The notes: a model not told the origin generated them from the sequence alone. DNA of 64,000 bases from an uncultured Alphaproteobacteria bacterium (GCA_963782975.1 CAWALT010000002.1:340710-404709), one strand, 5' to 3'. Counted from the stretch's first letter, positions 9,895 through 20,449 are shown. A program made the numbers and translations.

Positions 9895-10978
9895 TTATTA
9901 ATAATGGCTTCTTTTCTACTAAAAGCGCATTATGATAATAGGAGCTCTTTAAGTAGGCTTTGATACAACTTCGCACGAGGACGCTAATAACAGCTGCCGA
10001 TGGCAGAGCAATAATAGCGCCGATTAATCCTTGCATATAGGCACCTGCCATGACAGAAAATATAATCCAAAGCGGGTTTAATCCAAGGCGTTCGCCAACA
10101 AAGCGAGGCGTTAAGGCATAACTTTCTGAGGCACTACCAACAATAAAAATAGTAATGACCCACCAGATGGGCGTCCAAGAACCAAACTTCGAAAGAGCGA
10201 CGCTAAATGCAATCATAAAACCGATAAAGACTCCCAAATAAGGGATAAAGCATAAAATACCTGTCATGATGCCTAATAAAATAGCAAAATCTAGCCCCAC
10301 GAGAGATAAGCTAAAAGCATAATATAAGCCGAGAATCAAACAGACTATAAGCTGCCCTTTCGCATATCCGGATACGGTTTGGTCAATTTGACGAATTTCA
10401 GAGCGAATAAGAGGAGCTTGTTTTCTTGGCAAGAGGCTATCAATCTTTGAAACAACATGTGGCCAGTCTTTTAACAAATAAAAGGCAACGATTGGCGTAA
10501 TGACCGTAAGGGCAATCGTATTGGCAATTGCCAGTCCCCCCGAAAAAATGCCGATTAAAAAAGTAGCAAGCCAATGCACACCAGCCCCCAGCGATTGGCG
10601 TAGTTCTTTAGTAATTTGCTCGCGTTCACTTTGAGGGAGATAATCAGCCAGCTTATCTATAAACGATAAAGTGATATTAGTTAATCGGTTGCCGTAAGAA
10701 GGAATTTGGTGCACCAATTGGACAAATTCTGAATGAATAACAGGGGCAACAAGAATGACGATGACGGCCAGAAGGAGAAGGATACCACATAAAGTAAGAA
10801 TAGAACCTAAAAAGCGGGGACATTTAACCCTCTCTAGCTTGATAACTAAGGGGTTTAACGCATAGGCTAGAATGCCGCCAACAATAAAAGGTAGCAGGAT
10901 ACCTCGGAGTCCATAAAGAGTGAGAGCTGTAAGCAGGATGATAAATATCCAGAAAAAGACGTGTTGACGAATTGTCAT
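9881..10978 (-). CDS. AI-2E (PerM-like) family membrane transporter
   Basis: Multi-TM protein with FIPYLG and LTPRFVGERLGLNPLWII motifs. Confidence 0.88.
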   Translation of the reverse strand: MTIRQHVFFWIFIILLTALTLYGLRGILLPFIVGGILAYALNPLVIKLERVKCPRFLGSILTLCGILLLLAVIVILVAPVIHSEFVQLVHQIPSYGNRLTNITLSFIDKLADYLPQSEREQITKELRQSLGAGVHWLATFLIGIFSGGLAIANTIALTVITPIVAFYLLKDWPHVVSKIDSLLPRKQAPLIRSEIRQIDQTVSGYAKGQLIVCLILGLYYAFSLSLVGLDFAILLGIMTGILCFIPYLGVFIGFMIAFSVALSKFGSWTPIWWVITIFIVGSASESYALTPRFVGERLGLNPLWIIFSVMAGAYMQGLIGAIIALPSAAVISVLVRSCIKAYLKSSYYHNALLVEKKPLLINDNE

Positions 10979-11526
10979 GTATGCCTCCTTTGAGAACCCA
11001 TGAGTAACTTAATTCCCAAGAAAATGTAAGAAAGGCCTGAGAGAATTGTTGAGAGGTATACGCTTAGGAGAAAAATTGTCTTGTAATGAGGCGAGACAGA
11101 ACCCGTAGCAAGGTCATATAAGTAAGTCGCAATAAAAAGCATTTGAAGAAACGTATTAATCTTACTAATAAGAAGAGGGCCAAGGTAAGCTGAGTATCTG
11201 TAATAGCGCAAAACAAAAAAAGTGCATAGCACAATAAGGAAATCACGCCCTATAACGAGGCTCACTAGAACGCTATCGACGTGTCCAAGTGAATAGAGTG
11301 TCAAGAAGACAAAGATGATTAGGATCTTATCAGCTAAGGGATCAAGATAGGTACCAAGTAAAGATTTCTTTTTAAAAACCCGAGCAATAAAGCCATCAAC
11401 CGCATCAGAGATCCCAGCAATGATAAAAGTATAAAAGGCCAGGAATGCTTGATCCGTGAAAAGGTAAAAAGAAATAAGAGGAGCAAGCAGGATGCGAAAG
11501 AAGCTAATGAGGTTTGGCCAAGTCAT
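10975..11526 (-). CDS. CDP-alcohol phosphatidyltransferase (PgsA or CDP-type cardiolipin synthase-like)
   Basis: Signature DAVDGFIAR-x8-G-x3-DPLADK, with TWPNLISFFRI and SKINTFLQM. Confidence 0.9.
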   Translation of the reverse strand: MTWPNLISFFRILLAPLISFYLFTDQAFLAFYTFIIAGISDAVDGFIARVFKKKSLLGTYLDPLADKILIIFVFLTLYSLGHVDSVLVSLVIGRDFLIVLCTFFVLRYYRYSAYLGPLLISKINTFLQMLFIATYLYDLATGSVSPHYKTIFLLSVYLSTILSGLSYIFLGIKLLMGSQRRHT

Positions 11527-11543
11527 CTGTCTCTCTTACTTCC

Positions 11544-12707
11544 TCATAAAGCATGAAAAATTACATCCAGGATACCGTTTCTGTCCTCGAATACAGTATA
11601 ACCTTTTTGTTGTAAAGTCTTGAGAAAAGTGACGCTATGCTTTTCTTTTATATCCAATGAAATTAATAGACCATGTGCCGTTTGGGCAAGCACTTGGGTT
11701 TTGATGGTGAACGGAAGGGCTTCTATCATGTCTTTTGTTCGTATCCAATCGTCAAAATGGGTGAAATGAAAACGCATAAGCTGTTGATTAGATGGCTCAT
11801 CTTTGACTATTTTGGTGGCTAACATCTGTTCAATCTGTTTTAAGCTTTTTTCAACAGCAAGTTGATATAAAGCTTGATCATCTTCTGCCTCGGTGGCGGA
11901 GCGCACCTCTAAGACTTCTATCGCTGGCTCATAAGGTGTATGCTGGATAATGGTTATTTCTAAAATAGGCGCACCCGAAAAGGAGCGAATTTTGTAAGCT
12001 TGCACAGTGAAAGCTTGTTCAACGCCATAGCGAGTAAGAATATAAGGAAAAAGAGTTGAGGCTTGAGGTAAGGTAATCTCACTCGGCTTTATAGACTTTT
12101 GATCTTGTAAATCTCCTAATAAATATCTTATCTCTAACCTCGTTTCCAACTCATTTTTATTCCAGGCTTGAACCCAAGGGTTGTTTCTATCCCATATACT
12201 CACATGCCCGGACTCTTGGAAGATGGGGATAATTAACGCTTGAGAAGAAGGAGGGTTATAAGGAATATGGTGTTGCGCTAATTGTTTAAGTAACGCTCCT
12301 TGCTCGAAGGTAACTTGAATATCAGCAAAGTAGCGAGTGCCAGAATATCTTTCATTTAAAATTTGAATCGATGACACATAGTCGGGAATGTGGAGAGATG
12401 CAAGTTTCTCCTCGACGTCTTCCTTTTCCTTTCCATGAATCAACTGTTGAAGTAACTTCTTAAATGCAAGTTCCTGAGCTTTTAGAAGAGCTTCTTGTTT
12501 AGCTTTTGAAGCGGTGTCCGCCGAAATATCCATATGAGGAACCATGATGGTAAAAGGGCCGGCTCTACTCTGTGTGCTTAAGCTCGTCAATCCCATAGAA
12601 AGCAAGGCCAAAGACAAGAAAATAAAATGAAGAAGCTTTTTGACGGGGCCTTCCTCTTTTTCAGAAGTATGTTTTTCTTGCCTGGCCGTTTGGTATGTGT
12701 TGCTCAC
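11544..12707 (-). CDS. Exported DUF2066-like protein
   Basis: GTG start with GGAG SD, N-terminal hydrophobic or signal segment, AKQEAL..AQ..AFKKLL and VSSIQILNERYS..RYFAD segments, and position upstream of the CDP-alcohol transferase. Confidence 0.6.
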   Translation of the reverse strand: MSNTYQTARQEKHTSEKEEGPVKKLLHFIFLSLALLSMGLTSLSTQSRAGPFTIMVPHMDISADTASKAKQEALLKAQELAFKKLLQQLIHGKEKEDVEEKLASLHIPDYVSSIQILNERYSGTRYFADIQVTFEQGALLKQLAQHHIPYNPPSSQALIIPIFQESGHVSIWDRNNPWVQAWNKNELETRLEIRYLLGDLQDQKSIKPSEITLPQASTLFPYILTRYGVEQAFTVQAYKIRSFSGAPILEITIIQHTPYEPAIEVLEVRSATEAEDDQALYQLAVEKSLKQIEQMLATKIVKDEPSNQQLMRFHFTHFDDWIRTKDMIEALPFTIKTQVLAQTAHGLLISLDIKEKHSVTFLKTLQQKGYTVFEDRNGILDVIFHAL

Positions 12708-12745
12708 TTAGCGCTCCGTATGTCTTCCTAGAAACTCCATACGCC

Positions 12746-13168
12746 TTAGCCAACAAGTTCAAGCTCACTAAAGAAAAAGCAAATTTCTCGTTTGGCGTTT
12801 TCTAAAGAATCAGATCCATGGACAGAATTGGCCTCAATGGATTCACCATATTCCCTGCGGATTGTATTTGGTTCAGCATTCTCTGGGTTTGTTGCCCCCA
12901 TAATCTCCCGATTACGCATGACAGCATTTTCACCTTCTAATACTTGAGCCACAATAGGTCCTGACGACATAAAGGTACATAAGTCAGAGAAAAAAGAGCG
13001 TTCTTTGTGAACCTCATAGAACTTTTCCGCTTGCGCGTACGTTAACCATAAACGCTTTTGGGCAATAATTTTTAACCCATTTTTTTCAAACATCTGATTG
13101 ATAGCCCCTGTTATATTGCGTCGTGTCGCATCAGGTTTAATAAGTGATAATGTTCTTTCAATAGACAT
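12746..13168 (-). CDS. ndk: Nucleoside diphosphate kinase
   Basis: [11 protein letters not shown] start and NSVHGSDS active-site His. Confidence 0.97.
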   Translation of the reverse strand: MSIERTLSLIKPDATRRNITGAINQMFEKNGLKIIAQKRLWLTYAQAEKFYEVHKERSFFSDLCTFMSSGPIVAQVLEGENAVMRNREIMGATNPENAEPNTIRREYGESIEANSVHGSDSLENAKREICFFFSELELVG

Positions 13169-13267
13169 TTATTTTTCCTCATTTTTGCTTTTATCTTTTA
13201 AAAATTTTTCCTTGTAATCATTTTTAATGATGTAAATTTTTTTTTCAAGTAATGATATGGTTTATAG

Positions 13268-14458
13268 CTATGTACCTTCCCTGACACGCGTAATAACTAG
13301 CTGCCCTTTATGATAGCAAAGGGCGGAGTGTCCTTGGATAATTTCCAAAACCTTTTGACCGAAGATGTCATAACGCCATCCCCTAAGGCAAGGAACTTTT
13401 TCAGCATCGAGGGTGTGAGAGGCCAATGATAGCAGGTCTTCCTTGGAAGCAATAATTTTTGAAGAAATGCCCCATTCATTGCTAACAGCCTTGAGAGAGA
13501 GTTTAAGAAGTTGATAGAGGGCCTCTTGAGAGGCGGACAAAGGAGGAGATGAATCTATATCTAAATCTTTGGTGGAAGCGGCGTTTCCTCGGCTAAGAAC
13601 ATCTAAGATGTCCTTAGCTTCTTCCGGTTCTTTAAGCAGCTGAGCGAGTTCTTTTATTTTGTGTAATGCCTCAAGTGTCTTTGGCAAACAGCGAGCAACT
13701 TTTAATAAAAGTTGGTCAGAAAGGATGCGGCTGCGAGGTTTATCTTCTTTTAATGCTTTTTCTTCTCTCCATGCTGCAAGCTCACGCACAATAGCTATAA
13801 AGCGAGCGCTGCTGTTGGGTGGTAATTTGATTTTCTTGTAAGCTTGATGGATATCAACATGGTAAAGTTTCGGGTCTACCAGAAAAGAGATCTCGCTCTC
13901 GATCCACTCAGTACGCTTTTTTTCTTTAAGGGTTTTTAACAGCTGTTTATAGACAGGTTTTAAGGCAATAACATCAAGGGCAGCATAATGTAAATAAGCC
14001 TCGGGAAGAGGACGCCTTAACCAAGGGCTATACTGCAATTTTTTATCAATGGTGTAAGGGGTGAGCCGGTGGACGAGGGTGTCAAACCCGATCGATTCGC
14101 CATGCCCACAAACCATAGCAGCCACCTGCGTATCAAAGATAGGGCGAGGGACAATGCCAAAAAGATGATAAAAAATTTCCAGATCTTGGCGAGCTGAATG
14201 AAAGACTTTAATGAGGTTATCGTGGGTTAATATCTCCTTAAAAGGTTCTATATTAAGAGAGGGGGAAGCAACATCAATAATATAAGCCTGGTCCTCTTCC
14301 TCAACAGCGACTTGAATTAAGGAGAGCTGGCTCCAGTAGGTTTTCTCCCGAACAAATTCCGTGTCTACATAAATAGAGGTGGGAGCTTTACCCAAGATAT
14401 CCGTACAAAAGGTTAATAACTCTGGGGTTGATGTGACCAGTTTATAAGAAAGTGTCAT
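13268..14458 (-). CDS. rnd: Ribonuclease D
   Basis: VDTEFVREKTYW, FHSARQDLEI, FDTQVAA and YAALDV motifs, HRDC domain and GWR motif. Confidence 0.93.
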   Translation of the reverse strand: MTLSYKLVTSTPELLTFCTDILGKAPTSIYVDTEFVREKTYWSQLSLIQVAVEEEDQAYIIDVASPSLNIEPFKEILTHDNLIKVFHSARQDLEIFYHLFGIVPRPIFDTQVAAMVCGHGESIGFDTLVHRLTPYTIDKKLQYSPWLRRPLPEAYLHYAALDVIALKPVYKQLLKTLKEKKRTEWIESEISFLVDPKLYHVDIHQAYKKIKLPPNSSARFIAIVRELAAWREEKALKEDKPRSRILSDQLLLKVARCLPKTLEALHKIKELAQLLKEPEEAKDILDVLSRGNAASTKDLDIDSSPPLSASQEALYQLLKLSLKAVSNEWGISSKIIASKEDLLSLASHTLDAEKVPCLRGWRYDIFGQKVLEIIQGHSALCYHKGQLVITRVREGT

Positions 14459-14567
14459 CTTTTCTTCACCTAATTTTTTTTATAGCCTACTCTTAAATGC
14501 AAAGGTTGAAAACCTCTTCTTTTGGTGGTAAAGCTTGAGCAGTTTTATGATGGAAGGCAAGAAACTC

Positions 14568-16355
14568 ATGCATGCTTATCGGACTCATAAATGCGATGAT
14601 TTACGCAATACTCATATTGGGGAAGAAGTGCGCCTATCAGGTTGGATTCATCGCAAGCGAGATCATGGTCATCTTTTATTTATTGATCTTAGAGATCATT
14701 ACGGCGTGACTCAATGTGTTATAAGCGCGGAACATCCTCGCTTCGAAGAGGTAACTCATATTCGCCTCGAAAGTGTGCTAAAAATTACCGGAAAAGTCGT
14801 TGAGCGCACGCCTGATACCGTCAATGAAAAGTTGGCTACCGGAAAAATTGAGGTTTTTATCCAAGACGTCGAAGTCTTGTCAGAAGCGGATGTTTTGCCC
14901 ATGCCTGTTAACTCGGATCAAGAGTTTCCAGAAGATATACGCTTAAAATATCGTTACTTAGATTTGCGTCGTGAAAAGCTTCATCAAAATATTCAATTAC
15001 GTTGTAATGTTATTGCTAGCTTCCGTCGTCGTATGATTGACGCGGGTTTTACCGAGATACAGACACCGATTCTCACAGCGAGTTCGCCCGAAGGAGCTAG
15101 GGATTATCTTGTACCTAGCCGGTTGCATCCAGGGAAGTTTTATGCATTACCACAGGCACCTCAACAATTTAAGCAGCTTTTAATGGTGGCTGGTTTTGAT
15201 CGATATTTCCAAATTGCCCCTTGTTTTCGCGATGAAGATGCTCGAGCCGATCGCTCCCCTGGGGAGTTCTATCAACTTGATTTTGAGATGGCTTTTGCGA
15301 CTCAAGAAGATGTATTTAATACCATAGAGCCTATTTTATATGGGGTTTTTTCTGAATTTTCTACAGGGTGTTATGTCTCAAAGCCTCCTTTTAAAAGGAT
15401 TCCTTATACAGAGTCCATGTTGTTATATGGGAGTGATAAGCCTGATTTACGTAACCCCCTTCTTATCTATGATATTACAAGTGTCTTCGAGAAGTCTGAT
15501 TTTACTATTTTTGCCAATATCATCAACGATGGTGGTGTGGCTCGTGCTATTCCTGTTCCCAATGTCGCGAGTAAGCCTCGTAGCTTTTTTGATCGATTAA
15601 ATGATTGGGCACGAGATATGGGCGCGCCTGGCCTCGGTTATGTCATTTTTACCGAGGAGGCAGCTAAAGGCCCGATTGCTAAGTTTTTAAGTGATGACCG
15701 CCTTAGCCAATTAAAAGAATTAACGAAGGCTCAGGTAGGGGACGCGGTTTTCTTTGTATGTGACAAACAAAAGCAAGCGGAAAAAATGGCTGGCCTTGCA
15801 CGTACAAAAATAGCTCAAGAACTTGAGCTTATTGACCCGCAACGTTTCGAATTTTGTTGGGTGGTTGATTACCCTATGTATGAACGTAATGAAGAAACCG
15901 GGCAAATTGAATTTTCGCATAATCCCTTCTCCATGCCACAAGGAGGGCTTGAAGCTTTAGAAGCAAAAGACCCGCTGGATATTTTAGCCTACCAATATGA
16001 CATTGTCTGCAATGGTATAGAGCTATCAAGCGGCGCTATTCGCAATCATCGTCCAGATATTATGTATAAGGCTTTTGAAATAGCTGGTTATACCCAAGAA
16101 GACGTGGAAACCAAATTTGGGGGGATGTTAAACGCGTTTAAATTTGGAGCTCCTCCACACGGTGGGTCCGCACCAGGTATTGACCGGATTGTCATGTTGC
16201 TTGCTAACGAGCCGAATATTCGCGAAGTTATTGCCTTTCCTTTTAATCAACAAGCCCAAGATTTAATGATGAATGCGCCCTGTGAAGTGTTGCCTAAGCA
16301 ATTGAAAGAGTTGCATCTTGAGGTAAAACGTCCTCAACCCAAAGATAGCAAGTAA
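14568..16355 (+). CDS. aspS: Aspartate--tRNA ligase, probably non-discriminating
   Basis: MHAYRTH start (moved from TTG 14535), RDHG anticodon-domain motif, [12 protein letters not shown], and motif 3 [12 protein letters not shown]. Confidence 0.96.
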   Translation: MHAYRTHKCDDLRNTHIGEEVRLSGWIHRKRDHGHLLFIDLRDHYGVTQCVISAEHPRFEEVTHIRLESVLKITGKVVERTPDTVNEKLATGKIEVFIQDVEVLSEADVLPMPVNSDQEFPEDIRLKYRYLDLRREKLHQNIQLRCNVIASFRRRMIDAGFTEIQTPILTASSPEGARDYLVPSRLHPGKFYALPQAPQQFKQLLMVAGFDRYFQIAPCFRDEDARADRSPGEFYQLDFEMAFATQEDVFNTIEPILYGVFSEFSTGCYVSKPPFKRIPYTESMLLYGSDKPDLRNPLLIYDITSVFEKSDFTIFANIINDGGVARAIPVPNVASKPRSFFDRLNDWARDMGAPGLGYVIFTEEAAKGPIAKFLSDDRLSQLKELTKAQVGDAVFFVCDKQKQAEKMAGLARTKIAQELELIDPQRFEFCWVVDYPMYERNEETGQIEFSHNPFSMPQGGLEALEAKDPLDILAYQYDIVCNGIELSSGAIRNHRPDIMYKAFEIAGYTQEDVETKFGGMLNAFKFGAPPHGGSAPGIDRIVMLLANEPNIREVIAFPFNQQAQDLMMNAPCEVLPKQLKELHLEVKRPQPKDSK

Positions 16356-16453
16356 ATACTTTTTCTCGCCCCCTTGGCTAAGGTTAAAGAGAGAAGAAGG
16401 GTTGTGAAACCTAAGAAAGTCAATTCCTCTAGCGTGTAAAAAGGCTCTTACGG

Positions 16454-19400
16454 TTAAGTCTCGAGATTCAAGAGAGAAAGATTTCCGCCTGAAGCAGTAA
16501 TATCCCGTGTGAAAGCACGCTCGACAGCGAATCTTTTAAGGTAATTGGGTCCTCCTGCTTTAGGGCCTGTCCCTGAAAGCCCTTCTCCCCCAAAGGGTTG
16601 TACACCGACAACAGCACCAATCATGTTCCGGTTTACGTACATGTTTCCGGCCTTAATATGTTTTCGCACGTAATGAATCGTATCATCAATACGACTGTGA
16701 AGCCCAAAGGTTAGCCCATAACCAAGGCTATTGATAAAATCGATGCACTTAGGAAGGTCACGCACATTATAACGAACAAGGTGAAGAATCGGCCCAAAGA
16801 CCTCTTGAGTGAGCAACGATGGTTCCCCAAGTTCTAAAAGATGAGGCGCTACAAAACATCCTGAGAGAAGTTGTGCATCGAGAGGTGTTTTGTAAAGTAG
16901 CTTTGTTTGGTTTTTTGTACAGGCCGTATTTACATATGTCTCTAGCTTTTCTTGAGCTGCTTTGTTGATGACGGGACCGATATCCGTGTTAATGAAGTGG
17001 GGTAATCCCACTATGAGCTCTTCCATAGCGCCTGTTAACATGGTAATGAAGGCATCCGCCATCGGGGTGGGTACAAATAATAAACGCAAAGCGGAGCACC
17101 GTTGCCCGGCACTGCGAAAAGCCGATTCAATCACATCGCGGACTACCTGCTCCAATAAGGCAGAAGAATCAACAATCATTGCGTTAATGCCGCCCGTCTC
17201 AGCGATAAGAGGGATAATAGGGCCCTCTCTTTGAGCCAATAAGCGATTAATATGCTGCGCAGTTTGCGTCGATCCAGTGAACGCGATGCCATGGATGCGT
17301 GGGTCTTGGACAAGCTGGTTTCCAATCTCGCTTCCTTTGCCAACAACAATTTGGACAACTTCCTGAGGAAACCCAGCCTTATGTAGGAGGGAAATGGCAC
17401 GGTAGGCAACTAAAGGTGTTGGCTCAGCAGGCTTAGCGATAACGCAATTACCCGCTGCAAGGGCAGCGGTGGCCTGACCTAAGAATATAGCGAGGGGGAA
17501 ATTCCAAGGGCTAATACAAACGAAGGTACCACGTCCATGGAAGCTTAATTCATTCTCCTCCCCTGTATAGCCGGTAAGTGACTCAGGATGGTGAAAATAA
17601 GAAAGAGCCATTTGGGCATAGTACCTTAAAAAATCAATAGCTTCTCTTACTTCAGCAACCGCATCCGAAAGGGTGCGTCCTCCCTCAAGGATAAGAAGTT
17701 CAAGGAAATTCTGGTAATCAGCTTCAAGCAAATCAGCAGCCTTTTCAAGGTATTGTACACGTTGCTCCGTCGGTACATGGGCCCATTCTTTAAACGTTTT
17801 CTCGGAAGATGCTAAAAGAGTTTCGATATCTTCCGGTGTAGCCTGGGTAACAAACCCTAAAGATTTCGAGATATCGCCTGGGTAGTAAATGGTTTCTATC
17901 TGACCGCGAAAAACCTTTTTGCCGCGTGTGGTTTGAGGCGTTGAAGGTTCTTTGGCCAGGGCTTTCTCAAGGTGCGCTTGAATTCTTTCAAGAGTAGGCC
18001 GATCGGATAAGTCTATTCCTTTTGAGTTAAGGCGTGGCGCGGCCTTGTCTTTAAGAAAAATGTCTCGGGGCAAAGATATGTGAGGTGCCTGCGCCTCAAC
18101 ATTTTGCTTTGCCTTTTCAAAAGGGTTTTCTAACAATTTATCCGTTGGGATGTCGTCATTATAAAGTTGATTGATAAAAGAGCTATTACTACCATTCTCC
18201 AGAAGCCTTCGGACAAGGTAAGGTAAAAGCTCACGGTGCGAGCCAACAGGCGCATAAACGCGGCATGGAAGACATCCGCCCTGCTCTTGCCTGACGAAGT
18301 GATGAAGCTCTTCCCCCATACCGTGAAGCCGTTGCAGCTCATAAACCTTATTTTTCGGTGCCATCTCCAAAATTGCTGCGATGGTATAGGCATTGTGCGT
18401 TGCCAGCTGAGGGTGAAGAGTCGAACACGCGAACAATTTTTGAGCACAGCTAAGAAAACTGACATCGGTGTTTATTTTACGGGTAAATACAGGGTAATTA
18501 TCAAGACCGTGCATTTGGGCCCATTTAATCTCGCTGTCCCAATACGCACCTTTTACTAAGCGAACCATCAACTTGTGCTTCGTACTTTTGCCCAATTCCT
18601 CTAGCCACTCTATAAGAGGGAACGCGCGTTTTTGATAGGCTTGAACAGCAAGACCAAAGCCTTCCCAATGGTCTAATAAAGAGCTTCTGGCAATGGTTTC
18701 AATAATATCGAGGGACAGATCCAAGCGATATGACTCCTCCGCATCGATAGTAAGCTGGATATTTGCTTGAGCAGCAAGTTCTACCAGATGTTCTAGGCGT
18801 GGAAGAAGTTCCTTATAGATCCGTTCTTTCTGGCTTTCTTCGTACCTTGGATGAAGGGCCGTTAATTTAATTGAAATGCCTGGCCCCTCATAAGGAGTCT
18901 TGAAGGTTTCTTGCCCCTTAAGTGAGACGCCAATTTTTATAATGGCTTCTTTATAAAGATTAAAATATTTTTCTGCATCTTCTTTTGTATAAGCCGCTTC
19001 CCCTAACATATCATAGGAGTATTGTTCCCCTCTTTTTTGCCCAATTTCGGATCGTTTTAAAGCTTCCTCGATGGTTTCGCCCATCACAAATTGACGCCCT
19101 AACTGCTCCATTGCATATTGGATACTTTTTCGAATGACTGGCTGGGTTAGTCTTGAAAACATAGAAGCTAAATGAGCCGGTATATTAAACCAAGGCTTCG
19201 CGGATTCGACCGTATGGTCAGGCGCACGCCAATCTAAAATATTTTTTGTTACTCTCAGAGCCCAAGAAGAAACATTCACAAGTACCGGTGGGGAGTTTAG
19301 GGTATTGGACACCCACTCTGTGCTGGTTAATTTGTCGTGGATAAGGCGATCGGCTGTCGAAGCGTCAGGGATGCGTAATAGCGCCTCAGCTAAGCACATG

Positions 19401-19633
19401 AGGGCTATTCCCTCATTCGTGGATAAATTATATTTAATGATTAATTGGTTGAATCCTTCATTCGATAATTGACCTTCTTTTAAATGGTCGACGAAATGAG
19501 CTGCTCTTGCCTTAATAGCCGAGTGTTCAGACGATATTGTTGAGTAATCTAAGAGGTCGGCTAACACATGGTGCTCGTCAATACGATAGTGAGCTCTTAT
19601 TTTTTCTCTTAATAACGTTAAAGCGTTATCCAT
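16454..19633 (-). CDS. putA: Bifunctional proline dehydrogenase / P5C dehydrogenase
   Basis: SYDMLGE, RLVKGAYWD, ATHN and YLVRRLLENG in the PRODH half. ETGGINA, AGQRCSA and QPFGGEGLSGTGPKAGG in the ALDH half. Confidence 0.96.
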   Translation of the reverse strand: MDNALTLLREKIRAHYRIDEHHVLADLLDYSTISSEHSAIKARAAHFVDHLKEGQLSNEGFNQLIIKYNLSTNEGIALMCLAEALLRIPDASTADRLIHDKLTSTEWVSNTLNSPPVLVNVSSWALRVTKNILDWRAPDHTVESAKPWFNIPAHLASMFSRLTQPVIRKSIQYAMEQLGRQFVMGETIEEALKRSEIGQKRGEQYSYDMLGEAAYTKEDAEKYFNLYKEAIIKIGVSLKGQETFKTPYEGPGISIKLTALHPRYEESQKERIYKELLPRLEHLVELAAQANIQLTIDAEESYRLDLSLDIIETIARSSLLDHWEGFGLAVQAYQKRAFPLIEWLEELGKSTKHKLMVRLVKGAYWDSEIKWAQMHGLDNYPVFTRKINTDVSFLSCAQKLFACSTLHPQLATHNAYTIAAILEMAPKNKVYELQRLHGMGEELHHFVRQEQGGCLPCRVYAPVGSHRELLPYLVRRLLENGSNSSFINQLYNDDIPTDKLLENPFEKAKQNVEAQAPHISLPRDIFLKDKAAPRLNSKGIDLSDRPTLERIQAHLEKALAKEPSTPQTTRGKKVFRGQIETIYYPGDISKSLGFVTQATPEDIETLLASSEKTFKEWAHVPTEQRVQYLEKAADLLEADYQNFLELLILEGGRTLSDAVAEVREAIDFLRYYAQMALSYFHHPESLTGYTGEENELSFHGRGTFVCISPWNFPLAIFLGQATAALAAGNCVIAKPAEPTPLVAYRAISLLHKAGFPQEVVQIVVGKGSEIGNQLVQDPRIHGIAFTGSTQTAQHINRLLAQREGPIIPLIAETGGINAMIVDSSALLEQVVRDVIESAFRSAGQRCSALRLLFVPTPMADAFITMLTGAMEELIVGLPHFINTDIGPVINKAAQEKLETYVNTACTKNQTKLLYKTPLDAQLLSGCFVAPHLLELGEPSLLTQEVFGPILHLVRYNVRDLPKCIDFINSLGYGLTFGLHSRIDDTIHYVRKHIKAGNMYVNRNMIGAVVGVQPFGGEGLSGTGPKAGGPNYLKRFAVERAFTRDITASGGNLSLLNLET

Positions 19634-19807
19634 TTTTTATCTCCCTATTCCTTTTCTTCGATTAAAAGTTCTCTCTTAGTGTTTTACCCAAAAATAGTTT
19701 CTTAATAAGAATTTTAGATGAAATACTGTTATTGTAAACGAAAGAATATGCCTTAAAAGATAACCTTACATTTTCTCGAGGATTTTCCCTCTTTTACAAG
19801 CTGAGCA

Positions 19808-20449
19808 TTAAATACGGGGTTGATGGAAAGCCTTAATAAGAGCTTGGGTGGCCGCCAGGGGGTCTTTCATGTGCCAAATACTCGAGATGATTGCCATTCC
19901 ATCTGCGCCAGCTCCTTTGAGATAAGCTGCATTCTCAAGGTTAATACCGCCGATAGCTATAAGTGGTTTGGATGTTAATCGGCGGGCGTAAGATAAACCA
20001 TTAAGGCCTATACAAGGAGCGGCATCCTCTTTCGTTTTTGTTGGGAAAAGGGGGCCTATCCCAAAATAATGAGGTTTATCGTCTCTTTCATCTAAGGCTA
20101 AGATTTGTTGAGGATGGGTAATAGAAAGCCCTATAATTTGTTCTTGGCTCAACATCGATATAGCTTCCCTGAAAGGCAAATCGTGCTGACCAAGATGGAC
20201 CCCATCAGCCTCTATCATCTTGGCCACATCCACATCATCATTAATGAGGAGGGGGAGGCGAAAAGGTTTGAGAAAGGTTTGAACCTCTCGAGCATGGTGT
20301 AAGAGTTCGTCTCTCGAGGCGTGTTTTTCGCGAAGTTGAAGAGAGGTAACCCCTCCTTCAATCGCCCGAGCAATTTTAAACTGCCATTCCCTTCTCTCAT
20401 GGCGGCGGATATCAATCAAAAGCATTAAGGCGGGGTCAAACATTGCCAT
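19808..20449 (-). CDS. thiE: Thiamine-phosphate synthase
   Basis: QLREK, INDD, DGVHLGQHD, GPLFPTKTK and AIGGIN motifs. Confidence 0.93.
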   Translation of the reverse strand: MAMFDPALMLLIDIRRHERREWQFKIARAIEGGVTSLQLREKHASRDELLHHAREVQTFLKPFRLPLLINDDVDVAKMIEADGVHLGQHDLPFREAISMLSQEQIIGLSITHPQQILALDERDDKPHYFGIGPLFPTKTKEDAAPCIGLNGLSYARRLTSKPLIAIGGINLENAAYLKGAGADGMAIISSIWHMKDPLAATQALIKAFHQPRI

